64,000 bases of DNA from Emiliania huxleyi CCMP1516 (lineage: Eukaryota), in NCBI RefSeq assembly GCF_000372725.1, contig NW_005202237.1:1-64000 (forward strand), in the 5' to 3' direction. Every line of letters begins with the position of its first letter. Within the stretch, counting starts at the first letter, position 1. Position numbers and translations under genes: made by a program. The notes beneath the pieces were generated by a model. That model ran no database searches. It was not told the DNA's origin and worked only from the letters and a program-made list of their open reading frames with translations. Below, piece after piece: positions 48,041-59,986 of the stretch.

Positions 48041-49729
48041 CTAGTGGGGCGACGGCGTGCGCGCGCGCCTCCCGCCGCCAGCGCTCGTGCGAGTGCGCGA
48101 GCGCCCCTCGACCCGATGCGATTGTTGTGTAGCCCGAGCTCGCGCAGGGCGTGCCCCGCCCCGACCACCGGAGGGCCTACGGGACGTGTCACGGACATGT
48201 CGGTGGACATGTCGTGGACGTGCCCCGCCCACCGCCACAGCGGGGCCAGAGGCGTCCGGCGCGAGCTCGATGAGGTCTCGCTCTGCGCAAAGGGGAGAGA
48301 GGGGCCGCGGTCAGTCAGAGGCAGCCCTCTCCCCCCTCGCCTCCCCGCCCGCGGCGCGCCAGTCTGAGCGAGCGCGGAGGCGAGCGCGCACATGCCGGCG
48401 TCGCCGATCGCGTTCCCGCCTGTGGGACGCGTCGCGGACATGTCAGAGAGCGTGTGTCATGGGCGTGCCGTCGTCCGCCGATCGCGACCCCGCGCCCAGC
48501 GCGTCGCCAAAGCCGAGGACGCGGAGCGCTGGCAAGGCAGCCAGGCTGGCCGCGAGCCTGGGATCGCATGTGTGGGGCGAGTGAGAACCGTCCGCACCCT
48601 TCCTCCTCGCACAAGGGAAGTGCTGTGCGGCGGGTGGTGCGGCACCTCTCGCACCCGGCGCAGCCTATCGTGTTCCCCTCGAGCCGAAGGATAGTGAGGC
48701 TGCCGCCGCCGCCCGCGACGAACGCGTCGGCCAAGTGCGCCGCGCCTAATCAAGTCATGGATCGGTCTCAGCAGCCCATCGCATCACAAACCAACCGGCC
48801 AGGTGCGCCGCGCCCGCGTCGCCGACTCTCGCGAAGCGCAGCGAGAGCGACAGCAGCGAAGGGAGCACAGAGCAGGGCAGCCCCCCGAGCGGCGGCGGCG
48901 GCGGCGCGTGCCGGCTCGACATGCGGACAAAGGAGGAGGGCGGGTCGAGGGTGCCGCTTTGGTCGGAGGCCGCCGCCGGGCTGGCGGGGCAAGACGCGAC
49001 GAGCACGTCGGACGAGTCGCTGAGCTCCGCCCCGCCCTCGCCCGCCCCGCTGCGGCGGACCAGCGCGTCGGCCGGCGGCTCCTCCGCCGGCTGCTCCGCC
49101 GGCTGCTCCGCCCTCCGCCCGTCTGGCGGCGGGCCGGCGGCTCGCAGGAGGAGGGAGAGGGCGCCGGCGCCGCCGTCCCCGAGCCGATTCTCCGACAGGG
49201 AGAGCTCGCGCAGGAGGGGAGCGCCGCCGGCGGCCGCCGCCGCCTCGGCGATGCAGCGGGCGCCGTCGGGGCCGATGCTGTTGCTGGAGAGGTCGAGCGC
49301 CGTCAGCCGCGACAGCGCGCCGCTCTCGCGCAGCGCCGCGCCCAGCGCCGCGCAGTCCTCCGAAGTGACCCCGCGGAGCGTGCAGCGGAGCGCCGAGGCC
49401 GACTCGAGCCGCTTGCGCGAGAAGTCGATCTTTGCGAGCAGCGAGCTCACCTCCTCCTCCGAGGCGGCGGCGGGCTCACCGAGCGGCGAAATGGCCTCCT
49501 CTTCCTCCTCCTCCTCCGGCGAGCTGTCCGCAGACTGCTCGGCGGGGTTGCCTCCGCCGCTCGTCGGGGCCGAGTCCTCCGCCTCGGCCGGCGAAGGAGC
49601 GGTCTCCTCGGCCGCCTCGCTCGCCTCGGAAGGCGCGCTGGGCGTGCCGTCCTCCTCCTCCAGCAGCGAAAAGCTGGGCCCGCGCCCGAAGCAGGACAGC
49701 CCGCCGGTCGGGGAGCGAGGGAAGAGCAT
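48041..49729 (-). CDS. RNI/NLRC3-like leucine-rich repeat protein; spliced, 3' end uncertain
   Basis: LTALDLSSNSIGPDGA, LRELSLSENRLGDGGA, LTILRLEGNTIGCAG, GNAIGDAG, LRELGLHNNRIGSRGA. Confidence 0.8.
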
Positions 49730-49999
49730 GCAGCTATGGGCGTTAGCTCGGGACGTGGTGAAGCCTCGTCCGCGTCTTGGGATAGCAGTCGGCGCCGAAG
49801 AGTGCGGATCAGGCCAAAAAACTGCGTTTTGAAACACTGTCTGATGTCTAACCTGTCTGTGTCGCTCGTGCGTGTCGACATCATCTGTCTAGCGTCCACC
49901 CATACCGCGTTGGTGTCCAGTCCGAGCCTCCTGGCTGTTCTTCACCTTTCTACCTAACCTAACCTAACCTCACACCGTGGGTGAATCGTTTTTCTCTTT

Positions 50000-50240
50000 C
50001 GCCGAGAACATCAACAAGCAGGCGCGCAATACGCGTATGGCGTATCAACTGGCTCAACTCCCCTGAGCGTGCCAACTGGGTCAACGACGTCAAGAACAAG
50101 CAAGCGGCAGACGTCCTCTTACCCTCGGCCCCGGTGGTGGGCGCCCGTACCGCCTAGCTCCGCGGACGGCCCTCCACCCCTCACGTACGGATCATGTAGT
50201 CCCCACAATCGCTGTCGTGGGATCGCTGGTCATGTGAGAG
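50000..50240 (+). mobile_element. Short 3' fragment of the same retroelement family as 9010-9670
   Basis: GCCGAGAACATCAACAAGCAGGCGCGCAA ... ATCATGTAGTCCCCACA ... CATGTGAGAG matches 9468-9672. Confidence 0.7.
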
Positions 50241-50485
50241 AAGAAAGAAAGAAAAGGCAAGGGAGGGAGGGAGGGAGGGATGGTCATGTGAGAGGTCTGT
50301 CGGCACTTGGAGCACTTGGAGTGCAATCAGTAACCGCACATCCAGGAGCTAGAAGCGCACCCAGCGGGCCGCCGTGCGCTTTCTCTCTTTGTATCTTAAG
50401 AATTCTCTCTTTGCCGACTCCTCTCCGCTCCAGTCAGGCCCTGTTGGCTCTGTATCGCCGTTGCGATTCGCGCAACAAAGAGCGA

Positions 50486-53400
50486 ATGGCGCTCATCTCG
50501 CTGGTGCTCGTGGCCGCCACCACGCTGCACCCGACCAAGTTTCGGGCAGCGTGCGGCGGCGCCGACTCTCGGCGCTCGGCCAGCATCAGCATGGACGCCG
50601 TGCGCTCGCCGGCGGAGGGCGGGCCTTCGACGGCAGCAGAGGTGGAGTTCCCTCCGGAGGCCTCTCCGCTCGTGCAGCTGCAGCGGGGTGCCGTCTTCGC
50701 CTCAAGGGCACTGCCGATCGCATTCTCGTACATCCGCCTGTACACCGCACTGCGCTTTCGGGAGCGGGCGCTCGGGCAGTGCCTGGACGAGGAGGCGTGC
50801 GAGGTGCTGTGGACCGAGCAGCACGAAGCCGGCTCGATCAGCTTCGCTTCGGTCGTCAACGAACTCAAGGGCTTCTACACAAAGACGGGCCAGATCATCG
50901 CGACGCGGCAGGCGCGCCTCTCTCGACACTTCCGAGACACTTCCGAGACACTTCCGAGGCAATGAGGCTTGCGAGGCGCTTGGGAGCGGCTTGCGAGACA
51001 ACCACACGGCCCCGCCAGGGCTCCTCCGCACAGCAACTCTTTCCTGGCCCCAACCCTGACCCCGACCTAACCCCGACCCTCGACCCGACCCACCCCCGAC
51101 CCACCCCCGACAGGACCTCTTCCCGCGCGAGTACACGGACCGGCTGGCGGGCCTGACTGACCTGGTCGACCCGATGCCGTACTCGCTCGTGCGGGCGGTG
51201 GTGGAGCAGGAGCTGCACGGCGGGGAGAGAGTACCACCACCCGTACCCTCGGGTGATCTCGGGCGATCCCCCCTGCAGGAGCTGCTGCACGACGGGGAGG
51301 CATTCGACGACGTCTTTGCTCAGTTCGACGACCAGCCGCTCGGCGCCGCGTCGGTGGCGCAGGTGCACCGCGCGCTCCTCTCGCCCGAGTACGGCGGCCG
51401 CGAGGTGTCGAGCGAGCGAGCGGCGGCGGAGCGCGCGAGCGGCGTCGACTCACCGCTGCTGCTGCTGCGCGCAGGTGGCGGTCAAGGTGCAGCGGCCGGC
51501 CATCGAGGCGAAGCTGCTCGGGGACGTGGCTGCGCTCAAGGCGCGAGAGATAGCCGAGAGATAGCCGAGAGATAGCCGAGAGATAGCCGAGAGATAGCCG
51601 AGAGATAGCCGAGAGATAGCCGAGAGATAGCCGAGAGGTAGCCGAGAGGTAGCCGAGAGATAGCCGAGAGATAGCCGAGAGATAGCCGAGAGATAGCCGA
51701 GAGATAGCCGAGATAGGAAGCTGCTCGGGGACGTGGCTGCGCTCAAGGCGCGAGCGCCGAGGGCGCGGGGAGGGTGCGGACTCTTCACACCCTCCAGCCG
51801 TGAACAGGGGGGAGGGGGGAGGGGGGGGCGGCGGACGGCGTCTCTTCACACCGCCTCGCTGTGGTCAGGCGCTGGCAAAGGCGGTGCGAGGCTTTGACGC
51901 GATACCGGTCGACTACTACACCGTCTTCTCGGAGCTCGAGGTGCGGGACGCAGCCGAGACGCAGCCGAGACGCAGCCGAGACGCAGCCGAGACGCAGCCT
52001 CCCTGCGCCTTCTCCCCTCAGGTGCAGCTCTCCGACGAGTTCGACTTCATCAAGGAGGCGGCGGCGATGGAGCGGATCGGCGCCGCCCTCAGCACCGACC
52101 CAGCCACGGGCTCGCCTCGGCCTCCTCCCGTGGTCACGCCGCGCCCCGTCGGAGGGCTGGTGAGATGTAGCCGAGAAATAGCCGAGAGATAGCCCCTGGT
52201 GAGAGGCGCGTGTGGCGCGGCGGACTCGCTGCGGAGCGGCGAGCCGCTCTCCTCGGCCCTCCTCGGCCCTCCTCGGCCCAGATATATATGTATATCAGGT
52301 GACGAAGCGCGTGCTCGTGATGGACTACTTGCGCGGCGAGCCGCTCTCGCGCGCCGTCGAGGCATGTCCAGGACACGTCCATGACATGTCCGGGACATGA
52401 CCTTAGGCGAGCCGCTCTCGCGCGCCGTCGAGGCGATGGAGGCGCGCGGCATCGACCCGGACTCGGCGGAGGCGCAGCTCTTCGGCCGAAAGCTGCTGAG
52501 CGCCCTGACCGAGGCGCGCCCCCTCCCCCGCCCCCTCCCCGCCCCCTCTCGCCACGCACACTTGCTGCGCGCGCCACAACCAGTGCCACACACCAGCCAC
52601 ACCAGCCGCCACATATTTGTATCAGGCGTTCGGCCTCACCATCCTCGAGGGCGGCTTCTTCCACGCGGACCCGCACCCGGGCAACATCTTCGTGCTCGAC
52701 GACGGCCGCGTCGGGCTCATCGACTTCGGCCAGGTCAAGCAGATCGGGGCGCGCGCGTCGACGACGCTGGCCAAGGTGATGGTTGCCCTCGCGGCGCGCG
52801 GCGCGGGAGGCGGCGAGGGGGAGGACGAGGCGCAGCTCGACGAGATCTCTCGCCTAAGGTCATGTCCCGGACATGTCATGGACGTGTCCAGGACGAGGCG
52901 CAGCTCGACGAGATCTCTCGCCTCGCTCTCGAGCTCGGCGTGCGGCTCCGCGACGGCTCGCCGCGCGAGGGGCCCGTACCCCCCACTGTGCCTACCCACC
53001 CCCTACCCCCACAGTACCCGAACCCAGGCTCTCCACGCGAGGGGCCAGCGGCGACGGCGATCTGGCTCTTTGACGGCTCGGTCGACACGCTGCCAGGAGG
53101 CTTCGACACCAACGAGCTCTCGCCGAACTCGCCGGTCAAGGCGCGCCCGCTGTATCTCGGCTATCTCGGCTGTATCTCGGCTGTATCTCGCCTCACCTCT
53201 CTGGCGCGAGGCTCCCTCACGCCCCTCCCCTCATCGCAACGGAAGGTGCTCCAGTCCTTCCCGCAGGAGCTGACGCTGGTCGGCCGCTCCACGGCGCCGA
53301 CTCCCAAACACAAGCTCGCAGCACTTCTCTCCTTGACGCGGCGCCGCTCCTCGCCAGGTCCTCATCAAGGGCATCGCCTCCCGCCTCGGCGTCCGCTGGT

Positions 53401-53648
53401 CGCTGGCCTCGGAGTGGGCGCCGATCGCGCGCCGGCTCCTCGCTCGCCAGTCCGCGGCGAGGTCGCCGTTCGGCGCACCTCCCCGCCTCCGGAGCATCGT
53501 GCGGCTGCTGGGGCAGTGGGCGGCGGCCAAGCTGAGCGCCGTGGTGCTCGCACTCCCGCCGCCGCTGCGAAGGCTCGTTGCTGCCGTCGCGCTCCGTTGC
53601 TCAAAGCGAGGGTCGTCGCCCACTGGTCAGCTCGCCACGCAGAGTTGA
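50486..53648 (+). CDS. ABC1/UbiB (ADCK) atypical kinase with a signal-peptide-like N-terminus; about 12 introns
   Basis: LKGFYTKTGQIIATRQ|DLFP, PLGAASVAQVHRA, VAVKVQRP, EFDFIKEA, VLVMDYLRG, GFFHADPHPGNI, LIDFGQVK. Confidence 0.92.
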
Positions 53649-54478
53649 GGCATTGAGACAGTTGCATTAGAGTGTTTACTCTGTACAAATATAAGCCGCG
53701 CTGGTGCGGCGCCGCGCGCGGCGGGGCCCACCAGCCACCTGCCACCACATTTGAGATGAGACACCCCACGTCCCCACCTTCTGTGCGCACCGCTGTGTGG
53801 CGGCGCGCGCCCGCCAGCGCCCGCCGCCGGCGCGGCCGCGGCCGTCGCCGCCGGCGCGGCCGCGGCCGTCGCCGCCGGCCGGGCCGCCGCCGCGCGGGGT
53901 TACCCTCTTAAATGGTTATCGTTTATGTTAAAAATTGCAGTGACCAGTGTGTGTATATGGCGAGAGGAATATTGCTCCACACGCGCGGCGGGTAACGCGC
54001 CCATCGAAATTTTTAAAGCGCGTGTGAGTATCAGCGGCGATCAGCCGCCGCACACGTGTGTGGTGTGTCCTGCGAGTCACGCGCGCCCTGAGAGTGAGAC
54101 GTGAGTGCTGAGTGGTGGAGAGAGAGAGCTCTGACGTCTGAGTCTAGGAGTCACGGGACACAGCGGGGAAGCTCTGGTTATGTCAGTCCGCACTTGTCAG
54201 TGGTAATACCTGATACCTACAAGGCCGTATCCTTATACGTTATAGCTGTGCACGCCGCACGCGCGCAACGGGGACCGCACACACATACTTGACTCTCACA
54301 GACACACACGGTACGCACACATCTCTGAGCACAGAGCATGTCTTCCGACACACACGCTACACTTCTCACATCCATGGCAACTCCAGTACCCCCCCAGACG
54401 TCACGACGTCGTACGTGTGCGCCGGCAAGCCTTATGGAGCGCGACACGAGGCGCTGCGAGACTAGCTGCGAGACTAGG

Positions 54479-55903
54479 CTAAAAGACCTGCGGCAGCAAG
54501 CTGGTTGTGCCGTCGCCGTAGCATGCGTGCACTCCGGTCGCGAGCTGGACAGGCTGGCGGCAGAGGGGGCAGGTTGCTCCGTCGGAGCCCGCCCGCTCGC
54601 ACCAGGCGACGATGCACTCCTCGCAAAAGATGTGCGAGCAGCCCTCGAGCACGACCGGCGCAGTCATCGGCTCCTGGCAGAGGGCAACACACGCGTCCTC
54701 GTGCGACCCGGGCTGATCTCGCTCCATCTCGGCTTCTCTCGGTCCGGGCTGGCCTCGCCTGGCAAATGGAGCACGTGTCCTCGCCCGCCTCGAGCACCTC
54801 CTCGGCGGAGGCGTGCTTTCCGACGAGCACTTGCTGCGTGAGCAGGGAGCGCGTGGCGAGGAGGGCGGCGCGCGTGCGCTCGACGAGCTGGGTCAGCTTG
54901 AGCGTCAAGTAGAGGCCGGCCAGCAGGGACGCGAGGAGGCGGCCCCGCACGGCGTGCACCAGCCACGCGTGCCAGAGAGGGATGGGCAGCAGCGAGCGGT
55001 AGAGCAGGCCGCTGAGCTCGAGCACGGCGAAGGCGCGACGCAGCGAGCAGGGCGCGCGCACGCCGGCGGCGCCGCGCAGCGCGAGCAGCGCGCCTGTGGG
55101 ACACGCGGCTGGACGTGTCGTGGACGTGTCGTGGGCGTGGCGCCCGCTGTAGGTGCGGTGCTGCCGAGCTTGAGGAGCATGCCGACGAAGCGGACCTAGG
55201 GTTAGGGTTAGGGTTAGGGTTAGGGTTAGTGCCGAGCTTGAGGGTTAGTGCCGACGAAGCGGACCACGACGTCGGCGGAGAGGACGGCGAGCAGCACTCC
55301 GAAGAGGGTCGCGCCGTTCAGGGCCCAGTCCGGGAGGCGGAGGAGGAGCTGCGAGACGAGGTCCCGCCCGCAGAGCAGCAGCAGCGCGAGGAGCTGCGTC
55401 ACGATCTCGGCCGCCACGAGCAGCACCCCGGCGCCTCCGGGCGGCGCCTGCAGCAGCGGCAGCCACAGCCGGACGCGCGCGTTGGCGTGGTGGAGCACAA
55501 AGGTGCACCAGCTGAAGGCGAGGATGGGCAGCAGGTGCTGCTGGAGAAAGACGACGAGGAGCAGCCCGCAGAAGGGGACCGTGTCCTGCAGCCAGCGGAC
55601 GCCGGCCGCAGCGACCGCCACACCGGGCGCTGCGAGGTCGCCCGTCTGCGGCACTGCCTCCTCGGCGGCGGCCGCCAGACTCTCCACAAGCGCCTCGGCG
55701 GTGATGCGCGGCGAGGTCGCAGGCTCCTCCGTACTCGTGGATGGGCCGCCGGCAGGCTGTCGCTCTGCCGTCGGCGCCTGAGCCGCTGCCGCCGCCGTGG
55801 ACGAGCCGACGCCGGGGAGGTTTAGAGGGGTGCCTATCAGCGCCGCGCCGATCCTCTCGGCCGCCTGGGCGAGGCTCCGGGAGGGGCTGTTCGGTGGCAG
55901 CAT
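54479..55903 (-). CDS. RNFT1/RNFT2-like transmembrane RING E3 ligase, spliced
   Basis: TM segments; CSICQ|EPMTAPVVLEGCSHIFCEECIVAW..TCPLCR..YGDGTTSLLPQVF. Confidence 0.88.
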
Positions 55904-57601
55904 GAGGAGCAAGCGACAGTTCGCAAGAGCTGGACGGCAAGAAAAAATCCACGATTATTTTTTGAGAGCGCCTTCGTTGTTAATAGTACAAACCCAATGG
56001 TCCTCTGCGAGCGGTCCTTCGTTGCAGTCGCACACACGCACACGCCGCGCCGCACCGCGCGCCCGCCCACCGCCCCGCCCAGGCGGGAAAGAGATGAGGA
56101 GATGGGACAGCGAAGGGGGAAGCACAAGCACGTATGGGAGGGTTCAGTAATGCGCCACGCTGCCCGGCGTCTCTCACTTTCCGGGACAGCCCCGCCCTTG
56201 TGAGGCAGGAAAGTGACGGCTACCCCGTACGCCCTGCAGCCTGCTACCCCGACGCCGACCGCCCATTCTCCCCTCCTCGTTCCCCCCTCGAATGCTCCGG
56301 ACCCCGACAAGCCGCCCGACGTTGGGCCTCTGCCCCGCACGCTCCCGCCCCTCTGCCCCTCACACACACCCAGGCCCGACATGCACATACAAGACAAACC
56401 CGGCGTCCTGCTCTCAAAAGAAAAGAAAAAATGGGAAGGAGGAGACCAGCGGGGGAGACTCCCCGCCTATGCAACACCCCAGAGAGGGGCTGCCATCGCC
56501 GAAGCTGTGCCTAAGCATAACTCCCAAACCCGCAGCGGCCCGGGGGGCCTTGGGGGCAGCCTGCCGGACCGCTGTTGCACGGGGCCAAGCACCGGAAGAT
56601 GAGTGGAATTGATGGATTGGGCTGTTGTCCGTGCCTCCTATGCCCACCCTACCATACATAACAATAACACCTCATACACCTCATAACAGCTCTATCATGC
56701 GGTTCTTTTGTTCTCTTTCTACCCTTATAAGTCTCTCCTGTCCGCGCCGACGCTCTTTTAACCGTAGAACGTCCCACCTAAACACCGCCCGCCGACGATC
56801 GATCAGTCCACAATCGGCCCGCACCCCGCAGCGACCGCAGCGATGGATGCCGCCCCCCACGGCCCTTACGGCCGACGCGCCGATGCACGACCGGCCTCCG
56901 TCGGACGGCTCTCCGGCCTCTCCGGCCGCTGCCGCCCGCGCTGCTGCCGATCCGGTCCCCTTCACGCTCCGCACAAGCAACGACAACTTTGAGGTCGCCG
57001 GCTTTGGCCAGGTGCCCAACACCTGCTTGCCTCCATGTTCACGCTTCGCGCCCCTTCCCCCCCTCTGACGCCGTCGTATGACCGTAGGTGAGGGGCACGA
57101 CTACCCGCCTGGAAGGCGCTCTCATCAGCAAGTCACCCAGGCACCAACTCCTGGGCGTTTACGCTTGACTACGAAACCATGCAGTGGATGCAGCTCGATC
57201 AAAACGGCGACGCCAACAGCTGGTCCCTGGGCGAGTTACTCGCCCAGGATGAGGTGCGAGTCATGATGCTCGACCCAGCGTGCACCAAGTCGCTCACATT
57301 CCGTGAGTTCGTCAACGGGCGACTGCGATCTCGAACTCCGACAACTGGACTGGTGCACCAGCCGCGGAGGACGATGGCTCCCTCGACGACATCCCTTCAT
57401 CGACGGACGCCTTCACCGCCGCCGGCCCTGGGCCATCCATCGCGGCCTCCGACTGGCTGCCGCAGCTCACACCCTAATCTATCTGCCTTAGGCACGGAGC
57501 CAACGGAGCCATCGCGCACGCCCGCAGCATCGCATGCTGCTCCGAGGTCTCCCGCCGAGACCGGCTCGGCGCGGGGTTTGACTGACGTGACTGACTGATG
57601 A

Positions 57602-57873
57602 CGGCTTCTCGCCCACCGCCGTTCTCAAACTGCGCCGCCTCGCGCGCAAAGTCGCGCGCGGCAGCGTCGACCGCACGGCCTACTCGCCCAAGTACTCGCT
57701 CTCTTTTATGTCCCACCATGCAGAGCGCATCTCTCTCTCTGTTGTGCGAGGCGTGAACCGCGCCATTCGCTCTCACCTGGCAACCCTGTCTGCACGTCTC
57801 GCGCGCGCGTGAGGCCCCAAATGACGTGTGAGTGTTAGATTTGTTTGGTATTGCTAAAAATCTCTCTCTCTCT
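57602..57873 (+). mobile_element. Shorter copy of the 39 kb retroelement 3' end
   Basis: Near-identical to the 3' part of 39046-39619; flanked by CTGATGA at 57595-57601 and 57874-57880. Confidence 0.85.
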
Positions 57874-58127
57874 CTGATGAGTGCTTGCGAGAGAGAGATT
57901 TTTAGCAATGCTTGCGATGGATGATCTCCGTACTCCGACACCCAAAACCAAAATGCAAATGCGGAGTGGAGCCCACTTACGCGTGCAGATCCTGCGTCTC
58001 TCACTGCCCGAACAACAGAGGCGGGTACCGCCGCAGGTCCCAGACTAAAAAAAAACAAAATAACTACAGGCCCGATGACCGGCCGAGGGTGAGTCCACTC
58101 ATACCGCTTGTACGCGTGCACTCTCGC

Positions 58128-58631
58128 ATGGCCTTCCCGCTCCCGCCCGCCTCCAGCGCGCTCGCGCTGGACATCGACGGCACCATCACGCCCGCAGACC
58201 AGACCGTGGTGCTAAACCTGGTCGATGCGGCGAGAGCGCTCGGCGCCCACGTCGCCATCAACACCGCTCGGCCGACGCAGTACTGCGACTCTCCCTTCGA
58301 GATGACGTCGCGCCTCGCGGCGCGGGAGCACCACCATTGCTGCGCGTGGGCGCTACGGGACCTGCTCTTCGGCAGCTCTGCGAGCCAGCTTGCGCAGGTG
58401 CCGCTCTGCAAGGTGTCCAACATGGACGCCATCGCGGGAGCGAGCGGCGTCCGCCGGCGAGCCTGCGCAATTCTGGTGGACGACCGACCCGAGAACGTGC
58501 TGGCCGTTAGCCGTGCCGGCTACACAGGGGTGCTCGTCGACGCGCGCAGCGGCATCACAGAGGCAGTCGCGCACAGCCTCCTCCGGCAGCTCGAGCGGTG
58601 CGCCGCGTGGGAGGACGAGGTCGCCACGTGA
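58128..58631 (+). CDS. Small capless HAD-superfamily hydrolase
   Basis: LALDIDGTIT (motif I), INTAR (II), K, LVDDRPENV (IV). Confidence 0.8.
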   Translation: MAFPLPPASSALALDIDGTITPADQTVVLNLVDAARALGAHVAINTARPTQYCDSPFEMTSRLAAREHHHCCAWALRDLLFGSSASQLAQVPLCKVSNMDAIAGASGVRRRACAILVDDRPENVLAVSRAGYTGVLVDARSGITEAVAHSLLRQLERCAAWEDEVAT

Positions 58632-59073
58632 GGGTAACACTTGGCGTTCTGGACGTCGCAGCTACGACGACGCCAGCGCGGTTCCAGTCTGACAGCCAAA
58701 GAGATACGGGATGACTCAAATAAATAAATGAAAGGGCCAAACTCTGAGTCAGAGACTAGATGGATTTACTGACGTATAGAGGGACATGGACATGGACATG
58801 GACATGGACATGTGCATGTGACATGTGTCCCCGCCCTAGACGATCTTGTCGTCACAACCCGCCCTAGAACCCGCCACGCAGCGAAAACGGAGGTCGGAGC
58901 GCGGAGCGGCGAGAGTTGCGCTTGCGGGCCCCTTGAGCGTTGAGAGTTGCGAGGGCCGCGGTGCGGCTACGGCTGTGCGGCTGCGAGAGGGGCTGTGGTC
59001 GCGGGGGGGGGGGCGCCGCTGCGCAGCGTGGACGCGCCTACACCGCTCTTGCTCCACGGGATGACTTGCTTAC

Positions 59074-59986
59074 CTCTGGGGGGAGGCGGGGGCCCCCGGA
59101 GGCACCGTGCGCCGCGCAGCAGTGCGGAAACGGGCGGCCCCGGCTCCACTAGTCTCCACTAGCACCGACTTCCCGAATGATTACGGTTGATTAGAAGGCA
59201 GATTTGGAGAGATCTCGAGGAGTACATACAGATAGACCCTCCAACCATCAGAAAACTCCGACCTGATCGGTCGTGCTGACCGCCGACAGTTCACTCCAGA
59301 CAGCAGACAGGCCGACGTCTGCACGCGGCCGGCCGGGCGAGAGGCTTGACACGATCCGACCCTGCGACCCTGATGCTGCTCTAGCTATCAGACATGCACT
59401 ACTGACTGCTGCCACAATGTGCGACCGGTGCTGGCCCACTTGGCGGCCTTCCCGGTCAGTGGTGAGGCGCAGTTCAGAGCTGTCGATGGCGCGATGCCGC
59501 ACTGGTCCCACATTGGTGACACGAGACCACCAAGTTTGCCGGTCCAAGAGAGAGGCACCGGCGCTGTCGTGAGAAGGTGCATGGTCCCTCTTGACTGCCC
59601 ATGCGCGCGAGGCTGTGTAGGCATAGCCTCGAGAGTGCCAGCAGCCAATCCGAGGCAGTTTGTGACGCGCATTGCGTCAGAAGCGTGCACGCGCTGGAAG
59701 GACACCTTCCTACTGGCCGCACGATCAGGTCGTCACTGAATGCTTGATACTAAGGCCGCGAGCTATGCAGGTGGTCAATTGTGCAGCAGGGCACGGTCAG
59801 CAGCGCCGACAGGCTGTCGCAAGGCGTGATAGCATGGCCGCAAGTACGGCGAATTACCATGAAAACAAGTGAACAATTGCGCGAAAAAGAAAAATCCAAA
59901 AAATCGGCGCCTGCGGCGGGCTGGGGGACCCCATCATCCCCCCCCCCCGCATGGGTACCCCCTAGGGCCCCCGCCTCCCCCCAGAG
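59074..59986 (-). mobile_element. 913-bp uninterrupted copy of the TIR element at 17009
   Basis: Same CTCTGGGGGGAGGCGGGG TIR; TSD TTGCTTAC at 59066-59073 and 59987-59994. Confidence 0.93.

Noticed and set aside
56845..57490. Possible small spliced gene
   Set aside because: Intron-like segments exist but I could not build a confident frame or recognise a domain.
17009..59986. One 43-kb giant element bounded by the inverted 0.9 kb repeats
   Set aside because: Each copy has its own complete TIR pair and a different TSD (CGATTGCG versus TTGCTTAC), so they are independent insertions.
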